A DNA stretch of 10,315 bases from an uncultured Erysipelotrichaceae bacterium (GTDB lineage Bacteria; Bacillota_I; Bacilli_A; Erysipelotrichales; Erysipelotrichaceae). A model generated the notes under the pieces. It did no database searches, was not told where the DNA came from, and saw only the letters and a program-made list of their open reading frames with translations. Location: the NCBI GenBank assembly GCA_964457525.1, contig CAYWGS010000052.1, positions 1 through 10,315 on the forward strand. Direction: 5' to 3'. Both the position numbers and the translations under genes were made by a program. Shown in pieces: positions 7,337 through 10,315 of this stretch. Position 1 is the stretch's first letter. Each line of letters opens with the position of its first letter.

Positions 7337-8104
7337 CTAACTTAAATTCATTAAGACCATTTGCATATTTTGAATCATTTCACCTAAACTTTGATCTAAC
7401 ACATGACTGATGGGTTGGATCAAAATAAGTAGAAGAACAATTCCAAGTAATACTTTTAATTGAATATTGATAACAAATACATGGATTTGTGGGATTAATT
7501 TCATAAGAATCCCCATTGCGATTTCTAAGGTAAACGCTGCCACTATCATCGGTAAGGCTAACTTAATCACAAGCATAAAGACCGTTATAAACAAATCGAG
7601 TAAATATGGGATTAACTTCGTAAGGCTAAACCATGCATCAAGTCTTAGATAGGTGAATGAGTGACTCATGATTTCGATCATCATTAGATGTGAATTACTC
7701 ATAAAGAATAAGACAATCAATAAGAGTTGAAATAAGTTACCGATAATCGAAACTTGAACATAGGTTTGTGGATCAAAGACTTTTGCCATTGATAAACCAA
7801 ACTGATAATCAAGTAAATCTCCCACAAATAACAACATATATACATACAACTGAACCACATATCCTAAGATATAACCCAATAAGACTTCCTTGAAGATGAG
7901 TAAAATAAAGGTTAAATCATCGATTTGGTTTAATCCACTTCCATCCACCGTTGGTGCAATCAATAAGCTTAACCAAACGACAAATGCAATCTTAGCGGTT
8001 TGTGGAATATTCTTTCTAGAAAAGATTGGGTTAAACATAATGCATGCGATTAATCGAACAAAAACGAGTAAATACACCTCTAAACCATCAAAACGAATCG
8101 ACAT
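7337..8104 (-). CDS. fliR: Flagellar export gate protein FliR (255 aa from the refined start).
   Basis: Polytopic membrane protein of FliR size, located between fliQ and flhB. Refined start: ATG at 8104..8102, 1 nt after the fliQ TAG, with AGGA 7 nt upstream. The track start at 8149 is a TTG inside fliQ. Confidence 0.88.
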   Translation of the reverse strand: MSIRFDGLEVYLLVFVRLIACIMFNPIFSRKNIPQTAKIAFVVWLSLLIAPTVDGSGLNQIDDLTFILLIFKEVLLGYILGYVVQLYVYMLLFVGDLLDYQFGLSMAKVFDPQTYVQVSIIGNLFQLLLIVLFFMSNSHLMMIEIMSHSFTYLRLDAWFSLTKLIPYLLDLFITVFMLVIKLALPMIVAAFTLEIAMGILMKLIPQIHVFVINIQLKVLLGIVLLLILIQPISHVLDQSLGEMIQNMQMVLMNLS

Positions 8105-8105
8105 A

Positions 8106-8369
8106 CTATAATCCTGCAATCGTCGTAAACAGTGATTCCATAAATTCAATCATCATGCGCATCATCCAAGAACCTGATAACAAAAGAATTGCGGCAATGA
8201 CGATGAGTTTTGGGACGAAGGTTAGAGTTTGTTCATGAATTTGAGTTGCGGCTTGAAAGATTGCAACAATCAATCCAATCACTACACTTGCGAGTAGAAT
8301 TGGACCAGCAATCTTTACGATTAACCATAATCCATCCGAAAATACTTTTAGAATTTCACCTTGACTCAT
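8106..8369 (-). CDS. fliQ: Flagellar export gate protein FliQ (87 aa from the refined start).
   Basis: Two-TM hairpin protein with GPILLASVVIGLIVAIFQAATQIHEQTLTFVPKLI, the conserved FliQ core. Size and position between fliP and fliR fit. Refined ATG at 8369..8367, 1 nt after the fliP TAG. The track start at 8390 is a TTG. Confidence 0.9.
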   Translation of the reverse strand: MSQGEILKVFSDGLWLIVKIAGPILLASVVIGLIVAIFQAATQIHEQTLTFVPKLIVIAAILLLSGSWMMRMMIEFMESLFTTIAGL

Positions 8370-8370
8370 A

Positions 8371-9141
8371 CTAATGGAACCCCTGAACAAGAGAACTCAT
8401 CAAGAGCCCCCATCCATCTGCTAAGATGAATATCATAATCTTGAAAGGTAATGAAATCATTCCCGGCGGTAACATAACCATCCCCATCGACATTAAGGTT
8501 GATGCGACAATCAAATCGATGGCTAGGAATGGAATATAAAGTAAGAAACCAATCAAGAAAGCTCGTTTTAATTCACTGGTCACAAATGCTGGAACAATAA
8601 CAGTTAAATCAAGGTTCATCATTTGTTCATTTACTGGTTGTGCTTCATCAATCACAATATCTTGATTTGAAATGGATAGAAATAACTCTAAGCTCTCATT
8701 ATCAACTTGCTTTAACATGAATTCTTTGATTGGAACCTCAGCACGCTCGAGTGCGACTTCTTGAGTTATGGCTTGTTCCTTATAGGGGATGTAGGCATTC
8801 TCATTAATGTCGCTGAGTACTGGTCCCATTATGAATAACGTTAGAAACAAACTTAATCCAATCAGAATCTGATTGGGAGGGGATTGTTGTAAACCTAGGG
8901 CATTACGTAAGAATGAGAATACGATGATGATTCGTGTAAAACTCGTCATCATTAGAATGAGTGAAGGAATAATGGATAAGAACAAGAGTAAGAAAACAAC
9001 ATCCAATGAATCCAAAGAAGCTGAACCTGTATTATCAAAATCTAAACTAATTGTGGTAGAAGCAGAAACCTGAATCATACTTATTCCAATACCAATCATT
9101 ACAAGTAGGAGGATTAACCATGTTTTATGTTTAATTTTCAT
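8371..9141 (-). CDS. fliP: Flagellar export gate protein FliP (256 aa from the refined start) with an N-terminal signal peptide.
   Basis: Conserved FliP blocks MTSFTRIIIVFSFLRNALGLQQSPPNQILIGLSLFLTLFIMGPV and PAFVTSELKRAFLIGFLLYIPFLAIDLIVASTLMSMGMVMLPP. Signal-like N-terminus MKIKHKTWLILLLVMIGIGISMIQVSAS. Refined ATG at 9141..9139, with AAGGAG 7 nt upstream. The track start at 9183 is a TTG. Confidence 0.95.
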   Translation of the reverse strand: MKIKHKTWLILLLVMIGIGISMIQVSASTTISLDFDNTGSASLDSLDVVFLLLFLSIIPSLILMMTSFTRIIIVFSFLRNALGLQQSPPNQILIGLSLFLTLFIMGPVLSDINENAYIPYKEQAITQEVALERAEVPIKEFMLKQVDNESLELFLSISNQDIVIDEAQPVNEQMMNLDLTVIVPAFVTSELKRAFLIGFLLYIPFLAIDLIVASTLMSMGMVMLPPGMISLPFKIMIFILADGWGLLMSSLVQGFH

Positions 9142-9457
9142 GTTTATCTCCTTTACGTATAAACTGTTGGATGAGCTGTTCAAATTGGTTTGGATTCTTA
9201 TCCAATGTTACTTTCTCTACATAATCACATTCCCCTAAGTTTTCTACTCCATTGGAATGGCTGATTAAGATAAAATACTTTGACTGAATGCGTACAATCA
9301 TGATGCGTTTATCTCGTTCTAACATCATGGATTCCATGACTTGCATCGAATCGGTCTGATTAAAACGTTTCATTGATGTCGCATAAAATTTCGTAGTGAA
9401 ATACGCTAAACCACAAATAAGGATTAGCGCAATGAAAGAAATGAGTGTTTCTATCAT
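9131..9457 (-). CDS. fliO: Flagellar biosynthesis protein FliO (FliZ in Bacillus nomenclature), 108 aa.
   Basis: Single N-terminal TM segment (LISFIALILICGLAYFTTKF) followed by a small soluble domain (IMIVRIQSKYFILISHSNGVENLGE). It lies immediately upstream of fliP and overlaps it by 11 nt. FliO is poorly conserved, so the call rests mainly on architecture and synteny. Confidence 0.65.
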   Translation of the reverse strand: MIETLISFIALILICGLAYFTTKFYATSMKRFNQTDSMQVMESMMLERDKRIMIVRIQSKYFILISHSNGVENLGECDYVEKVTLDKNPNQFEQLIQQFIRKGDKHEN

Positions 9458-9461
9458 AGGA

Positions 9462-10226
9462 TCACTTCATGAAATCGACATTACTGTCAATCTTTGTCAT
9501 CACTACACCGAAATTACCATTTACTTCCACAACTTCACCTTGAGCAATCACATGATTATTCACGATGACTTTTACAGATGAGTCAACTGTCTGTTCAAGT
9601 TCAAGCAAAGTACCTTGGGTAAATTCCATAATTTCTTTAACCTTCTTCTGTAAATGACCTAACTCAACACTAACCATCACAGGAACATCCATCATGACAT
9701 CTAAGTTTTTTGATTTAGGATCATGATAACGTTGGAGATAGGAATCTAAATTGGAAGGATGAATGAGTAAACTAAAGTAAGATGGAACTTGATTAAGTCG
9801 ATAATTAAATCGAATCTCAAGTTTTTCTTCCATCAAGAAACTTTCTTTAAGTTCTTGATAGGGTTTGAAATGATACTTAGGTCTCATTCTTAGATTGGAA
9901 ACCAAGTCATTTAAACTCGAGTTCGCAATCGAATAATCAAATTCATCCCATTCTAGTTTCTTACTTTCATAGACAAATTTTGTGACGAAATCCTGACTCA
10001 TATATAAGAAAACAGGATGATTATAATCAAGATGAGCTATGGCAAAATAGAAATTCTCATCATACACTTGATCATTTGTACTACAAAGTTCTACATTTTC
10101 AATAAGAAAGTCATATCGTTTCTTATCGTGTATTACTTCTTGAATACGTTTTATCCAGTATTGCAAAGTCTGTGTCTTTGCAATACTGAGTGTTACTAAA
10201 TTTTTTACATTGTTTCTAATTTCCAT
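9462..10226 (-). CDS. Divergent FliM/FliN-family C-ring protein (254 aa). It has a C-terminal SpoA (FliN) domain and an N-terminal domain of about 175 aa with uncertain affiliation.
   Basis: Residues about 174-247 (nt 9486..9707), NLDVMMDVPVMVSVELGHLQKKVKEIMEFTQGTLLELEQTVDSSVKVIVNNHVIAQGEVVEVNGNFGVVMTKI, align position for position with the FliY C-terminus in this window. The N-terminal part has no motif I can assign. The ATG at 10226 is preceded by AAAGGA at 7 nt. Confidence 0.7.
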   Translation of the reverse strand: MEIRNNVKNLVTLSIAKTQTLQYWIKRIQEVIHDKKRYDFLIENVELCSTNDQVYDENFYFAIAHLDYNHPVFLYMSQDFVTKFVYESKKLEWDEFDYSIANSSLNDLVSNLRMRPKYHFKPYQELKESFLMEEKLEIRFNYRLNQVPSYFSLLIHPSNLDSYLQRYHDPKSKNLDVMMDVPVMVSVELGHLQKKVKEIMEFTQGTLLELEQTVDSSVKVIVNNHVIAQGEVVEVNGNFGVVMTKIDSNVDFMK

Positions 10227-10238
10227 AGCCCGATCCTT

Positions 10239-10315
10239 TTATTCATTAAACTGTTTATAAATACTTACATCAAATTCTCCACTTAACATTTGGTAAATTT
10301 CAGAGTTCTCTGAGT
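10239..10315 (-). CDS. 3' end of an upstream minus-strand gene (last 24 codons). Identity is unknown. It could be fliL by synteny with Bacillus and Clostridium fla operons.
   Basis: This is the only minus-strand frame that stays open to the window edge. It translates as ...SENSEIYQMLSGEFDVSIYKQFNE and ends at TAA (10241..10239), 12 nt before the next ATG. It is too short for a family assignment. Confidence 0.4.
   Translation of the reverse strand, partial: SENSEIYQMLSGEFDVSIYKQFNE

Noticed and set aside
9690-9695. Possible internal translation start (Met178-Met179) producing a free SpoA domain from the 254-aa protein, as SctQ genes do. The analogous Met precedes the FliY SpoA domain.
   Set aside because: The upstream sequence (AAATCAAAAAACTTAGATGTC-ATGATG) contains no Shine-Dalgarno-like element, and the same holds for the fliY internal Met. 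The sequence gives no support, so only an experiment could show it.
239-10199. All plus-strand ORFs in the supplied track (60-171 aa, e.g. 1290..1805, 3028..3321, 6038..6301).
   Set aside because: Each lies entirely antisense within a confidently recognised minus-strand flagellar gene. Each has the Ser/Ile/Phe/Asn-rich, low-complexity composition typical of antisense frames in AT-rich DNA. I could recognise no family motif in any of them. I treat them as shadow ORFs.
1-10315. Screen for CRISPR arrays, tandem or terminal inverted repeats, transposase or integrase genes, tRNA/rRNA, toxin-antitoxin or defence-like gene pairs, frameshifted pseudogenes, and alternative genetic code.
   Set aside because: None was seen. 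Recognisable flagellar ORFs, all intact, fill nearly all of the minus strand, leaving a single 129-nt intergenic gap. TGA terminates three genes, so the code is standard. I do not think this window holds a novel non-flagellar system.

Overview
The whole window is one co-directional, minus-strand segment of a tightly packed flagellar operon. The genome is AT-rich and uses the standard genetic code (TGA is a stop for flhA, fliA and the 254-aa gene). The layout looks Gram-positive (Bacillota-like). Transcription runs from high to low coordinates: 3' end of an unidentified gene (possibly fliL); a divergent 254-aa SpoA/FliN-domain protein; fliO; fliP; fliQ; fliR; flhB; flhA; fliA/sigD (sigma-28); two FlgF/FlgG-family rod genes; fliM; a fliY/fliN-type switch gene; a short intrinsic-terminator-like hairpin; a sigma-28-type promoter with a structured leader; and the first two codons (Met-Arg) of the next gene. 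All calls rest on family motifs read by eye from the translations and on synteny, because no searches could be run. I see no rRNA, tRNA, CRISPR, mobile element, pseudogene or defence-type system, and no convincing evidence of an undescribed system. The points worth follow-up are variations on the flagellar theme. (1) There is an extra C-ring paralogue with an unassignable N-terminal domain. (2) FliM, and both FliN-domain proteins, lack the CheY-P docking peptide. (3) flhA overlaps fliA, which leaves no room for flhF/flhG or che genes. (4) The FliY CheC-like domain has only half-conserved active-site motifs. (5) The downstream sigma-28 promoter has a leader carrying a GGA-loop hairpin and an SD GGA, the two-site CsrA layout known from the B. 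subtilis hag leader. Several ORF-track starts are TTG/GTG over-extensions, and I give refined ATG starts.
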